A DNA stretch of 63,149 nucleotides, filler included, from Rhabdomonas costata (GCA_019059605.1; 37 parts of 37 records of this genome joined end to end with filler, not necessarily neighbours in it); one strand, 5' to 3'. Numbered from the whole stretch's first letter, positions 37,696-51,301 are shown. Numbers and translations are program-made. The notes: a model not told the origin generated them from the sequence alone.

Positions 37696-38319
37696 GCGAA
37701 GGAAAAGAAGTTCAAGCACCTGATCTTCATCCTGAACAAATGTGACTTGGTTCCCACATGGGCGACTTCGCGGTAGTGTGGACGTGTGTGTATGTGTGTG
37801 TGCTTCTTGTGTCGCCATTGGGTTGTCGCCTCGTTGAATCCGCAGGGCCCTTTATACCACCCATTCATTCAGTTTTCACAAAAACTGCGTGTGACATTGT
37901 TTGCGGCGTCACCATTATTTTCGCGTGCTTCCTCGACTTCCGACTCACGTGGGAACCCTGACGTGCATTTGACCATCGGCAGGTAAATATGCTTCAGGAT
38001 CTGACTAGTCAGCTGCGGTTGGTGGACTACTAAAAACATTGTTCTTCCCCGATGCGATTTCCACGAAGACTTCCGTATTTGATGAATATCGGGTGCACTC
38101 CTGGGTTTCAGGTGGGTCGCGCTGCTCTCTCGGGAACATCCCACCCTTCCCTTCCACGCGTCGATCACCAACCCCTTTGGCAAGGGCAACCTGATCCGCC
38201 TGATCCGGCAGTTTGGCCACCTGCACCGTTCGTGCAACAAGGACTTCACTTGTGTGGGGCTGATCGGGTATCCCAACGTTGGCAAGAGCTCCATCATTAA
38301 CACCTTGCTGCGGAAAAAG
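37696..38319 (+). CDS. NOG2: Nucleolar GTP-binding protein 2 (NOG2/GNL2), two internal exons
   Basis: Exon 37696-37772 [20 protein letters not shown] and exon 38112-38319 [33 protein letters not shown]...[18 protein letters not shown]. Circularly permuted G4 then G1 order; phase-2 GT-AG intron. Confidence 0.95.
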
Positions 38320-39844
38320 GTGGGGCAGGACCAGTTTAGCCCCCTTGCCCCCCCCCCCACACGCACACTCAGGACGAATGCCCTTACTTACTTCCCAAAT
38401 TCGGACAAACGTGGATTGCCGGCGTATAAACTTCCTGAATTCCCCGGAATGCGTACCTTAAGGACGCTCCGATGAGGTCTCCCAGGGCAGTCTCCGGGGG
38501 CTCAGCGCCCTCCTCCTCGCCATCCGCAAGCTCTCCGTCCCCGGAGTACTCTGAAGGATAGGGCGGCGGAAGATTACACAGAGAGGAGACCCAGGTCCCA
38601 GCTTGCCTGTGGCGTGGCTCACCCTCTATCAGCAGAATAACCCAACGGGACAATTTCCTTTTCTCACGACGAGTGAACGAGAAGCGCTAATCGCCGTCAG
38701 AGCACACGCCACCCAGCATCACAGCAGATATGTAGTAGAGAGAAGAAGGGCAACACAGATCATCAATCCACGCCACAGCCGTCTTCTCGTGTGTTTCGGG
38801 GGGATGGGGGAAGGTTTCAGCTTTCCACCCTGAGCCAAAATTCGCTATTGAGGGACATAGAACTTTTCATCGCTTTTCAGCTGCTCCGCCCACCTTTGCC
38901 CGACATTTTCCCAGATTCTACATTTGCTGAGTGCCTTACACAGGGGCGGCCTGTTTTACAAATTTCCAATTTTATACATTTTAAAAAAGACCGATCCGGG
39001 TTAAAAAAAAAGCTCGTGAAAAACACGTATGCTTGTGTATACCCAAGGGAAAGTGAGTAGACGAGTCCCTGGCAGTGTCGTCATCGCCACAAAAGGCCTT
39101 CAGAAGGTCCTGTGCACGGCGGAAGGAACTCTACACTGACTTTTATACTGGCTTTATTTTTGGATGGACTGGCATCCTTTTCACGGAGTAGACCAGGAGG
39201 GAGATGTTTTATGTTAAGGTATAGCGAGTTCCGCCTAAANNNNNNNNNNNNNNNNNNNNNNNNNNNNNNNNNNNNNNNNNNNNTTAATTAATTAANNNNN
39301 NNNNNNNNNNNNNNNNNNNNNNNNNNNNNNNNNNNNNNNACGGGGCTTGTTAATGGGCTGAAGAGGAAGATAGAGTATGGTGCCAGATCAAACCGCGCGA
39401 AGTTCCGGAAACGCCACCGCTCCCAAACGACCATTCTTTGTCACGGAACACCCCCATTTTATTTGAGGGATAATGAATACTTCTTGCCAAGGTAAGGTAA
39501 AGACCCAGCTTAGTACTGCACCGCTCCGCCTGAGCTCAATGCAACATGCTTAGGATGACAGCAGACCTTCCATGAATTAGGAAACTACAAAAAGTAAATT
39601 TCTCAGAAGGCCCTCTCTGGGTGACTGCATCTGATTGGCATCGGTGCTAAAAAAGAAGAGGTTCAGGTTCATTTACACTGCAGCAGCCCCCCGTGAACGC
39701 GTGACGCATGTGAGGTAAAACTGGCTGGTTATTACCATATAATAGCACCCCACCTCAATGCCAGAAGTCCCATGTATGGAGGTCCTCTCGTCGGCGGGTG
39801 AGGTATATCTCAGCGGGGGAACTCAACGGCTCAGGGCATCATAC

Positions 39845-40006
39845 CGCAACTTGCGAGGGATCGATGTTGCTGGAGGCCAGAATGATTCCCGAGAGGTCCA
39901 CAAGGTACATCCGCTGGGATGGGTCATCCACTACCAAAGCCTTCAGGAATCCCTCCAGGGTGCGGAGGCCAGCGGCCCGAGATATTGTCGCGAGCAGTGT
40001 GTTGTC
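39845..40006 (-). CDS. Exon resembling a Cache-like sensor segment
   Basis: CAG acceptor, DNTLLATISRAAGLRTLEGFLKALVVDDPSQRMYLVDLSGIILASSN..., GTATGA donor. The YLVD..G.ILASS pattern occurs in dCache domains. Confidence 0.35.
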
Positions 40007-42968
40007 CTGCATTGATAGGGCGTTCGTGGGACGCTAACGTACGCAGCAAACAGCAGAGAAAAAACAGCCAGTTACCATTAGAAGACGGGAGCATGAAGGC
40101 TCCATAAGAACGATCAGGCATTGGCAATCTTTTCGACTCGCCGATCAGGAGAAATGGAAGACTGTACACTTCTTCCGATTCACTGGGGTGCGGGGTGCGG
40201 TGGTATTGGAGGGAAAACAAGGGTACGCTGGGAGAGGATTTTGTACTGTCCACACAAACGCAGTGGGGCGGATAGAAGCACAAGTGCATCGATAGAAACA
40301 GTGCTCAAATGAGCAGAGGAGAGGGGGATCGGAATATCAAGCGCTGTGAGCGGCCTTCCGAACAGCAACGAGAGAACTCAAAACTCACCTAAAAGAAACC
40401 GCGCCTTTGGCTGAGGAAGGGCGCGCCACCCCTGGCAACGGAGCTCCGGGTCGACATAAAGGACAAGTTCTCGGGCACGAAAGCCCCGCTGAATGACAAG
40501 TGTGAGGATTCGGTGAAAGACCTTCGTTATCCTTGTGAGAAAGCCAAACGATAAAATCTCAAGGGCAGACATAAGCCAATTAGAAAAATGAGAAAAAGAA
40601 GGCATCTGCCAGAGAATGACGGCGGAAGGGGTACGAGGACCTTGCGGTCGAGTGGTGCGAACGCAACCACAGCCGCCTTTATGACTGCAGATTGATTCCA
40701 AGGGAAACATCCGAGTAAATGGCATTCGCTCTTAACAGCCACCACTGTATGCTTGTATGCCCCTTTTGAATTTCGAATCGGTGAAAAAAATACTGGCGCG
40801 TTTTGCTGGATGGGCGCGCAGGGCGGAAGATGCACACATGTATTTGGAAGGACACACACCATCGAGATAGATTCAGGATGGCAGCTTGAAGCTCAGAGCA
40901 GGTGGAGAAGTTCAAAAAAGCTCCATTGCACCGCGGATCAACACCCAACNNNNNNNNNNNNNNNNNNNNNNNNNNNNNNNNNNNNNNNNNNNNTTAATTA
41001 ATTAANNNNNNNNNNNNNNNNNNNNNNNNNNNNNNNNNNNNNNNNNNNNTGTTTGTTTTACGTAAGAGATGTGACCGATGGACAGAGAAGAAGAAACATA
41101 TTATCTATATCGCGCATCACCTGGACCCGGGTTAGTTGTATTTGGAGGGGGGGTGAGGAAGGTGTTAAACGTTCAACACCTTTTACCGTCAAAAGTCAAA
41201 TTTTTTATTTTACAGGACTCCGCACGGCGCATCCCCGCCAAATCGGGCTGGCTTCCTCTAAAGTAATGCTTTCCCACTCGATTCACATACTCCCCAAAAC
41301 GCTTTACGCAGTTAATCGTTTAACGCCCCCCTCCTCCCTAATACAAATCTCCCTTATACCATGCTCAAATTGTGTCTCCGCAGTTCATATTACAAGGTTC
41401 ATCACAGTTCATCACAAGGTTCAAGGAGAGATGGCAGGCGAAAGAGGTCGTGCCAGCGTACAGCTGTTATCGGGAATTGACAATGCGCCCTACTTTAGCT
41501 GACATTTTTTCAACGGGTTTGCACTTAGCCTGGCTGCATGGGACTCGTCCTGGGATAATATTGTCCACTTCACCTCAAAATGCAGGCGTTTTCAGACTTA
41601 AAATCTAAAATGGGTGGTGAAAAAGCTGGTTCCACTGCATATCGGTTGTGTTTAGTTTTCAAGCTGTATTCACATTGGATACGCGGGCCATATGTATTGT
41701 GCTGATGGTGAAAAATTCAGCTTTTATGTGCTGTCTTACTGGTTATTGCAGACTGCACGCACGGCAGCAGTGAAGTCAGATACCGGGAGGAGAAACACTG
41801 GTCAACATCTCATTCCCCAGCCTTAGAGCCACCAGTTTGGACGAGGGCTACTTTTGGAAACCTCTTGGCAGGGAAGCCCAGGCACTGTTCAAACACAGGC
41901 CATTTGCACCTACCCAAAGGCTGTATTGCAGGAAAGCTACTAATCTACCAACACAAGCGCCTCGACAAGTGGAAATTGGGTGAAAAAGCACTGCCTCTTT
42001 CGTTTTTGGAGATGGAAACCTTGGCTTCTGCCCAAAGCCTCACCGCCGTAAGCGGCCTATTCAAAAAGCAGTCCTCTTTTTCCCGATTCCCGATTGTTAG
42101 TGTCGCTCCCATTCTATAATATTGACATCCTCAGCCACCAACTCGACACGGCAAAGGGTCCGTCCCATGGTCAGAATAGTACCCGAAGGTGTTCATGATG
42201 GAGAGGATTTTAGCGATAATGAAAAGTGGAAAGCAAAAGTTAGCACATCTAGCCCGCGATCTCTACAGATGCAAACGCATATCCCTCCTCGTTTCTACTT
42301 TTTTCCTGCCCAGTCCAAGTGGTTTGGGCTTGTCTTCAGAGTTACTACTCAGTATTTTCAATTTCACTAGAAGTTCGGCTGCCTTATTGATACCAGGTGC
42401 CTCCCCATTGCCCCCTTTTTGACGAGTGGTTCAGGTAGACCCAGACTATGCGTTCCAGAATTGGGATCACCAATTTTAAGATATGGAACTCGCCTATCGT
42501 TCGCGGCACCTGGCGCATCGCATATCATCACGAGGCGCGGACGTCGCTCAGCTCACGCACCATCTGAATGAAATCCTCAACCGCGTCAAGTTCCATGATA
42601 AACAATAGGACACACTTTCAAAGATTAAGATCACGATAGCATTGTATACTCGGATGAGNNNNNNNNNNNNNNNNNNNNNNNNNNNNNNNNNNNNNNNNNN
42701 NNTTAATTAATTAANNNNNNNNNNNNNNNNNNNNNNNNNNNNNNNNNNNNNNNNNNNNCAATGCGTTTACGGAGCAGTATATGGGGAGGATGAGTGCAAT
42801 GGCTAACTATCATTAGCACATGTTCCTTTGGCTGGGAAGGCGAAGGAAGGGGCCAGCTGCGAAAATTCACTCCCAAGCTGAAAAGAAAAAATTAGCCCAA
42901 ATTGTGGACGTGGCCATACTTTTGGCTTGGAGCAGCAGCAAATGAAAAGCAAAAAGGGGGGCTGGCAC

Positions 42969-43900
42969 CTCTCCCTCCTTCCAGCCCATGGCCTTCAGCA
43001 TGGTCTTGCCCTTATTCTCGTCAGAGATAGCGTACTGCAATAAAAGAAGTCAAAGGCATCCTAAAACAGTAAAAAGAACGAGGGAACCAACAATACGAAA
43101 GGTCTTGATCACGGAAGAGCAACCGAAAAAGAGAAGGGAGGAAGGGACTAGGGAGGGGTGGCTCACAAGACCTGTTCGCTGCCGCCGCTCATCTGCTCCA
43201 GAGGCGACCCCTCCACGTGGAGTTGGGCAACCGCCGCATCTGTCGCCAGGTCTCTAAGGAAGGCTGCCGGGCAGGTCGAGCCCACCAGCGCGCGACGCTC
43301 AGAGCTGCGATCCCGGTATCCTGGCCAAGAAAGACCTCGATACTGCGCAACCACAAACCACAGTGCTTTCGTGCACCGCAATGAAAGCACCGCAATGATC
43401 ATGGTCCTATTTATGCGTTCATGCCTTACCTTCTCAGGTGGTGGTTGCTCTTTCGTCTCACTCAATTGCAGACTCGAGGTAACAAACTAGAAGAAAAGGG
43501 AACGTCCTCCGCGAAAAAAGCCGAAGACAGGGGCGATCACACATTCAGTTTTTCTGGCAGCTGTGGGCATCACGCCTCCCCGTTTTTCGTTTTTCTCTCA
43601 TTTGGGTGTCAGGGGTTAACGAAGAAACACGCAACCCGAAGCACGTTTCTTTTTTTAGGCATACGGTGGCCAGAGAGAGAGAGTGCAGCGCTTGCCTTCG
43701 GCCGTTTTTAGTGGCCCTTTGGGGCACAGCCTGTGCTGCAGCGCCCGCCGGGCTCCGGCATGATCCTCGCGAAGTCTTCGGGCGTGCCCTCGGGAGAGCC
43801 TCAGGTGGGCTTGTAGGTGGGTCGCCGAGGCGAATACCGCGGCACAGCGCCGGCAGTGCGGCAGGGGCTGGGCTGGGTCCAAGGGAAACTCCGGGTCAGC
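42969..43900 (-). CDS. RBM5/RBM10-like splicing factor C-terminal region (C2H2 zinc finger, YRDR..ERR motif, G-patch)
   Basis: Exon from ~43900: HCRRCAAVFASATHLQAHLRLSRGH. Exon 43342-43172: GYRDRSSERRAL. Exon 43034-42969: ISDENKGKTMLKAMGWKEGE (G-patch start). Same motif order as RBM5/10. Confidence 0.78.
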
Positions 43901-44467
43901 CTTTCATGGCACACCCACCCGGATTTCAAATCAAAGGGCTAAGAGCTTCGGCCGCAACTCAAAGAATGACGAGGTTCCGACAATCATCTTTCTTCAGCGC
44001 ATTGGCGGAAGCATGGGTCTTGAAGTCCGGCTAATGCACGATGTGTTTTCCACAATACACAGGCTGAGGGGCGGCAATGTCCAGAGCTCTGTTCATTCAG
44101 GAAGACAAAAGCGCGGAAAACTCGGAAAACGAGGGGAAGGTGGCCACTAGTGCCGCACTAAGGACTTTGACTAAAAGAGTAAAGAATATTTTCAAAATCC
44201 CATAATAACTCAAAAGCTTAAAGAAGAAATCGGCCAGCATTTCAAACTCGTGTGAACTCGAAGTTCCTGAGGTTCCGTTGTGTTTGAATGCATCAGGCAA
44301 AATGCGGTTCAGAAGTTGTACGGGGCACTTGCACAACTGGGTATACCTCGCACTCTGCCAACCCCACNNNNNNNNNNNNNNNNNNNNNNNNNNNNNNNNN
44401 NNNNNNNNNNNTTAATTAATTAANNNNNNNNNNNNNNNNNNNNNNNNNNNNNNNNNNNNNNNNNNNN

Positions 44468-44988
44468 GGGGTGTGAGATCGGCATAAAGAGGAAGGTCAT
44501 GCATGGAAGAGACTCCGAAGTCAAGGGCGACTTCCGTGGGTTGTTTGAGAGGAGCTCTGGTAGCCTTTTGGTATAAGCATACGAGAAGCTGAACAGAGAT
44601 CAGTATGATCGCCGCTTCGGTCCCCCTTCTGCTGATGATGTTCGCCCCCTTGTGGAGAGACTATCCACGGGAACGCTCCTATTTACTGATGGTGCCAGAG
44701 CTTACACCTCTGTCTGTGAGAATTTTGGTATCTTCATTGCTCATGTGGACCCCAATAATGGAGTGTTTTGTCGTCGTCAGACTGTTAGAGGCAGACTCCG
44801 GGTTGTTTCCACTCAGGGTATTGATGGTGCCTGGGGAAACTTGAAAACTTTCTCAGAGCTCGTGGTGATTGCTCCGCTGACCAATTAGAGAGCTGTTTGA
44901 AGGAGTTTCAGTGCGAAGAAACTTAGAAAAGGACTCTGACCCTTTCATTTCGCTACTGTTGTGCATCAAGGATGGTTGTTTTCAGTGA
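44468..44988 (+). mobile_element. Merlin / IS1595 (ISXO2-like) DDE transposase, inactivated copy
   Basis: CEIGIKRK...GR, LFTDGARAY, AHVD, STQGIDGAWGNLK, then after frameshifts LESCLKEFQ and DPFISLLLCI. In-frame TAA at 44574-44576. Confidence 0.85.
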
Positions 44989-46582
44989 CTTCCTCACCCT
45001 TTTCTCTGTGCCTTACAAGTGAATGTATGCCGTGAGACCTTACTTTTTTCTTGGGGGGTGCTTGCCCATGTCTGTTCAAGCGCCTGGTGCAAACAGTTCC
45101 TCGATCCAAACTGTATCATGCCACATTGGAAGCAGTCCCTCATGCTAACGTCAACCCTAAGTGTGGGCGTGAAGGTGAGCAGGGTACTGTTAGCCCCTCA
45201 CGACCATCATCAGGTTTCAAGCATAACAGCATCAACATCAACGCTACGCTCATTCCAACTCAGGGTATGGATTGTGGTGATGTTGCATGCCCCCTTTGGA
45301 GTGTGTCACATTGTGGCTATGCGGACATCTTTTCCTTATCCGCATCAATCACTACGTACAACAACTACCACTACTATCAGGTGTGTGACTAGGATACCAC
45401 CACCATGGCAAATGGTGTGTGTGTGGATCCATCGTTCCAGCTGTGGTTCGGTTCCAACATCTGTGTTAGTGCATCCAACAGTTGGTAGGACTGCTGTGAC
45501 CAAGATCATCATCGCTGGTACTACTTCGCATGGGTACTCAACGGTGGTTCCACCGTATACGCATGGTTCTACCACTACTTTGAGTCCTGCACCAAGATTC
45601 CTACTGTATGTTAATGCAGCTCCAGACTCCATGTGGCTCACAGGCATTGGCACTTGTCATTGTTACCCAGCAAGATCACCCCAGGCAAATGGCTTTAGTG
45701 ACGGTGCATCACATGTTACGACGAACCTTACCTCATGTGTTGCTGTTGTAGCCTGGCCTCAATCACCAGGACTTCCATAGTATCTCACTGTGACTCCTAC
45801 GCATAGGACCATCGTAACACGTGGTTCCTGGCGTACCTGATGACAACGTATCTTGCCCCTCTGCATCACCTCATGCGTCCATGGATTGCGTTTCAAGCGA
45901 GCATCTTCATTGTTGTATTTGTGTGCTAAAGTGTTATGCGGCTTCTGCGATCTCCTCGGTATTATCGCAGCTCTGTAGGACCCTGTCGTGCCTGTCGGTC
46001 AACATGACTGAGCCCTCCATGCAATAACCCAAGCAAATTCAAATCCTTGAAACAAAACACCATGACCTAGAAACGANNNNNNNNNNNNNNNNNNNNNNNN
46101 NNNNNNNNNNNNNNNNNNNNTTAATTAATTAANNNNNNNNNNNNNNNNNNNNNNNNNNNNNNNNNNNNNNNNNNNNTGGGATATGGTTGGAGCGGTGGCG
46201 GCTGACGGTCTCCCGCAATCAGCCGTTGCCGTGGCTGTCTCCAAGCTAGAGTTAGGCCCAGTTTGTATTCTTGTGCTTGTGCAGCGTCGGGGCGTCTCCC
46301 CTCGAACATGTAACGTTCGCGGGTAATGCGAACATGTGAGCTTTCATGATATTTTGATCTTTTGGTTGGCTTGTGGCCCACGTTGAGGTGATTTTCGGAA
46401 CATATTGGTGTTGGTTTCTCTACTGAGTTATTTTTCCATGCTAGTGTGTCGTGCTTTTTCCTCTTTGGTGAGTCATCGTTATATTTTTCGGGCTGGCTGT
46501 TCTTCGTTCTTTTTTTGGTCTGGTTTTTTGAATTTATGTTTTTTTTTGGCTTGCTTTGCTTGATTTTTCGTGTCTGGTGCAG

Positions 46583-47428
46583 GCGGCGCTTTCGAGTCCC
46601 CTTCAGAAACCCGGTGCGGTCTTGACTCCTCTCCACACCACCCCGTTTCCTGCGGACGTCTTGGCGTCCACCTCAATGAGCCTTTCGGAAAGATTCTCCT
46701 CCGTCCTCAGTGAGCCTGTCGCCTCACCGAACTTCACTCTTGACCTGCCCGCATCCCTTGGTTCTCCTCAAGGTGGGATTGTGATCCTCAGCGTCGCTCC
46801 CTCCATCGGAACGTCTCGCCCTTCGCCCTCTGCTGTGCCTTTGCGGCACGACTCAATCTGTGGGACTCATGTAGGCGCGAGCTCCACCCCTTCTGGCGGT
46901 GCCAAATCGACGCCCTCGAATGCGCAGGTGGTCAAAGAGCCTGGCCGCGTAGACTCTCACCACCCGGCCTCCGAAATGCGAGCTCCTACCGGCAGTGTCG
47001 ATACGCCTGCTCCTCCTCTGTCCCGCCAAGGACCCTCAGACGATCGTGGAAACGGGACACCTCAGCGGTTGGTCCTCGAAGCAGGTTCCCCAGATCAGAC
47101 CATTGAGCCCCCGGGGCCCCAGTATGCAGGGAGGGCTGCTCCTGGAAGTGAATGTAGCACCTCTGCCTTCAATGCGTGCTTCCCATCATGTGAACGCTCG
47201 CTAGCCGACCTCGCCAATGGTACCACCGCTGCTGTCGGAGAGGTGGATGTAATAGATGCCGAGCTTCAGACCCCTGCCGCACCACACAGCGCCCCGGAGA
47301 TTGTAGTGAAGTCACGTGTTTCCGATCCCATTGACGTCGTGTATTCATCGCAACATTCCTGTGATGCACTGAGTGGACTGAACAGCACAGCAGAGCCTGA
47401 GATGCCTCAGCCTCAACCCCGATTTCAG
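46583..47428 (+). CDS. Large Ser/Pro-rich, probably disordered internal exon
   Basis: 846-bp open frame bounded by a pyrimidine tract plus CAG and by a GT donor, both phase 0. Confidence 0.6.
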
Positions 47429-47920
47429 GTTCTTTTTAGTTCACGCCACACGTTCTCATGAAAGGAACAGCTGATGAAACCCACAATGGGCTTCAAACAA
47501 ACTGCAACTGCACCGCTCTTGGGGTTCACCATGAAGGTGCCCTATCCGCCACAAAACGCGTGTCAACAGCAGAAAGCAAACACACAGACAAAGGGGGGTG
47601 GGGTCGACTACAATATCTCGCAGACCTTTTTGAAAGACGATGCGAAACAACACTGACAGCAACAGTGTTCATTTCTTTTTCTTCGAATATTCGAGTCATT
47701 ATCCCACACTGAAAAAAGTTGTTTCCCTGCCTCCTTGCAGGCTGAGGAGGCCCACTCTTGCTCTAGCTCCGGTGTCGCAGACTNNNNNNNNNNNNNNNNN
47801 NNNNNNNNNNNNNNNNNNNNNNNNNNNTTAATTAATTAANNNNNNNNNNNNNNNNNNNNNNNNNNNNNNNNNNNNNNNNNNNNGGGGGGGTGTCAGTCGG
47901 AAAGAACGTGTGGGCGGTGG

Positions 47921-48958
47921 CCTCCAGCTCGCGGATCTTGCGGTCTGAGCCCACCGCCCACACGTTCTTTCCGTCTGAGACCACCCCGCTGTAGCTCACC
48001 GACTTAGCGACGTTCTCGTTGTCCTTGCGGCAGTTGTCCTGGGGAAAGCCGAGGGAAAGCGAACAATCGGAGGAGGCTACGATGATGAGGCGATCAGTGA
48101 CAACAATTTAAGGATCAGTACCCCAGTACCCCGCGTTGTTCACTTTTGCCGTGAATAGCGTTCGCAATTCATGAATAGCGTTTGCCATTCAACAGATGCA
48201 CATAAAAATGTTTTCCATCACCTTTCTCTTCAACCTTCGTACCTTCGTAGGAGAAACAAGCCTTACATGAGCAACTTGGCAGAAGTGCATGAGAAAAGTA
48301 CCCAGTACCAGGCGTATAAACCGCTTCCATGCAATCACGGATCCCCGTTAGGTCCGTTTCGAAGCTCTTGCGTTATTCATGGATAGCGAATGTTATGCAC
48401 CTTAGCGGGGGGGAGGGGGCATAAGCATCCAAGACCGAGACACTGTGAGGTACATAGACAGCCACATAAAGACAAATTTGCAAAGGACAAGTGGGGAGAG
48501 AGAGAGAAAGGAAGCAGAGGAAAACGGAAGGAAGCGACACCGATTGGAGGTATGATATTCCTTTAAACCCGCAAGTTCAACCCGCAAGCTCAGTGGCACC
48601 AGTATGGCCCTCGTTGACTGGAATCGGAATAAATGACCGAAACACGCGTCTGACGATGGAAACCATCCCCCATGAATCAAAAAACCACCCAGAGCAGTTG
48701 GCGGTTGGTGGGAAGTTTGGAGGGGTGGAGGGGTGGAGTGGGGAGGGAGAGAAAAAAAACCCGGAGGTTCCAGTCGTAGATGGCGCCGTCCATCCCCACG
48801 CTGATCAGCTTGGTGTCATCCTGGGCCCAGTACAGGCAGCGGACCTTCCCGTTGTGGCCCCGGAGGTGCCCCAAGGTCTCGCAGGTGTAGGTGTTGTAGA
48901 CGTGGATGATGTTGCCGTGCACTGCGGCGAAGTACTGCCCGCCGTTGCTGAAGCTGCA
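47921..48958 (-). CDS. CFAP57: Cilia- and flagella-associated WD40 protein CFAP57 (WDR65)-like, two exons
   Basis: Exon 48958-48761 [66 protein letters not shown]; exon 48038-~47921 ...[12 protein letters not shown]...[13 protein letters not shown]. Phase-0 GT-AG intron. Confidence 0.88.
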
Positions 48959-49275
48959 CTGGAGTCCCCGCGCCCCAACACCCCCCACAACCACTTGGTG
49001 GTAATGGCAAGAACCAGTCAAGATGTGTGGGTTGCGGTGGGGCACACCAGGCCAATTCAAGGTAAGGGAAACGTCAAGGGCGGGTGAAGCGATCGAAGCG
49101 GGGCGTTGCGTTGTGACGTTCTATGCGGCGGACAATGTTCTGGTGCACTGCTACAAGTTGGCTCTGCTCAACGGCAAAAATATTTCAATCGACAGAAAAC
49201 CAGCAGAAAAACGATCGGCAAACTCCAACGTCCGGGCTCCCTCAAGGCTGAGTGACCTCATCCAGGTGACTCCCT

Positions 49276-49309
49276 GGACCGGACCGAACCGGACCGGACC
49301 GGACCGGAC
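49276..49309. repeat. (GGACC)n pentanucleotide repeat
   Basis: ggaccggaccgaaccggaccggaccggaccggac; related units at 49458-49477. Confidence 0.85.
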
Positions 49310-50854
49310 ATTTCATCAAAGGCAGTCAACTGCCCAGAAATTTCATCGGTTCCAACTGAACTGGACCCTGCTTTTCGATTTCTTTCCCTTCACAAACGCC
49401 GCATTCTGCAAACGTTTCCTCGACATCGAACGTGAACTCGTATCGTTAATGGCAGAAGCCGGACCGGAGCCGGACCAGAAACCTAACATCGANNNNNNNN
49501 NNNNNNNNNNNNNNNNNNNNNNNNNNNNNNNNNNNNTTAATTAATTAANNNNNNNNNNNNNNNNNNNNNNNNNNNNNNNNNNNNNNNNNNNNGGAACCCA
49601 TGAAAAATGTTGGGATGTTTGCACAATTGTGTCTGTTTGTTTGTGTGTGCGTGTGTGCTGAATCAGACGACGCGCCAAGCTGCATCCAAACGGATGCAGG
49701 GCGTCAACCCCTGGGTTTATCGTTTGTTGTTAAAAGAGCGTTTCGTGACTCCGCGTGTCCGGTCTAAGTAGATGAGTTCCCACTCAGCAGTGGTTGAGCT
49801 TTGTTATGGTGGTTTTAGTGCATCAGAAACGACCCTGTATGGATATTGTCTTGGGGTAGTGGCTTGGTAGGCGTGTTCCTTGTCATGCGTGCCAAAGAGG
49901 ACTAGTGAAACAGGTTCTAGATATGCCGCTTGTGTCCGCATGGAGTGGTCGCCCTTCTGAATAAGCCTGGTTGTTTATGTCTGCCAGAAAATTGGCCAAC
50001 CCTTTTGCTCCGCGCTCTAAAACCTGAGATGCAGGGCAGGCAAGCTCAGATCCAAGCCCCCCCCCCCCTTTTTTTTTGCGTCAACGTACTGTACAGGAGG
50101 GAATGGGAATGCAAAGGTGGGGAAGCTTGAGGCTGTATTCCCACCATAAGGATTTCCTTGCGGAGCCAGACAGCCCCGCAGACCCTGCCTGGCCTCCAGC
50201 CCAGAGGGTTGACCCGGAGCATGCCCAGGCCAATTCCCAGAGGCTGGTCGTGCGGCGGCTGCAGGTCTTGGATGAGGGGGGTGACTGACAGGAAAATAGC
50301 CGTGTACTGATGCACCCCTTTGGTTTCAAAAAAGCCTCAAATTGTGCTGAGCGGTTACGGCATAGAAGTGCGCTGCATCGATATTTTGCGTAGGGTAGTG
50401 GTAGGCGCGGGTTCCAATGCCAATATAAGATGACATACCTTGGGCTTGGGCTTACTGTGGCCCACTCATCCCAATAATCCCAATTATTGTCTGATGCGTC
50501 CCGAAGAGGTTGCGGCGGCATTGATAGCAGCGCCAAAAAAGGTTGTCTGCAGTTTGTGTGGTGCCTTTCAACACTGGGTCTGATGCGTGCCCTCTTTTCC
50601 TTTTGAAGCATCGTCTGCTTCCAACACATTGAAGATGCTGGTGTTGGGACTGGGTTGACAGGAAACGGCAAGGTTTTCCTGCCAACAAACTCATTCTATG
50701 TGTCACATGTCTTTATCTTTATCTTTATCTTTATCTTTGTCTTTGTCTTATTATCTATCGTTCATTTTGCGTTGCAATCAAGTCCTTTCGATCACAGCCT
50801 TTTGGTTGAGCTTCACCCCAATCATCACGTGCACGCGCCATCTTGTTTCCACAG

Positions 50855-51001
50855 GACGTGCGGATTCCTCCGGAGGAGTTTGTGTGGTACCACGTGGGGT
50901 GCGATGGGTGCGGCAGGTACCCTCTGAGGGGCCGACGGTTCCAGTGCACTCACCCGCTGTGCCGCCGGGAGGATGGCGGGAACACCTTCGATCTTTGCGA
51001 G
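50855..51001 (+). CDS. Exon with a ZZ-type zinc finger
   Basis: CAG acceptor, then WYHVGCDGCGRYPLRGRRFQCTHPLC...FDLCE. A probable upstream exon lies near 50132-50264. Confidence 0.85.
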
Positions 51002-51301
51002 GCAGCGCATTTCACCCACCCATATACACACATATACACACACAATTGGGGGAGGGATTTCGATGGAGCGCTATGTTACTACATAACTTTTCGGTACGGT
51101 GATCCCGTCATGCGCGAATTTGCATACCTACACAAATCGGAATAACACCGCTGGTTTTATTGCCTCTGAGGACTAGAACGCGACTATGTGACCCCCACCC
51201 CNNNNNNNNNNNNNNNNNNNNNNNNNNNNNNNNNNNNNNNNNNNNTTAATTAATTAANNNNNNNNNNNNNNNNNNNNNNNNNNNNNNNNNNNNNNNNNNN
51301 N

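Noticed and set aside
41880-42200. Possible Ty3/gypsy RNase H remnant on the minus strand (YRMGATL...CFLNRPLT)
   Set aside because: Resemblance is too weak without an HMM search. The same applies to LLMDASNY near 62770.
45019-45780. 253-aa ORF next to the Merlin transposase as a cargo gene
   Set aside because: No recognisable domain, no splice pattern and unconvincing composition; cannot be supported.
47898-47973. 23-bp inverted repeat in the CFAP57 exon
   Set aside because: It reverse-copies exon sequence at the contig edge; chimera.
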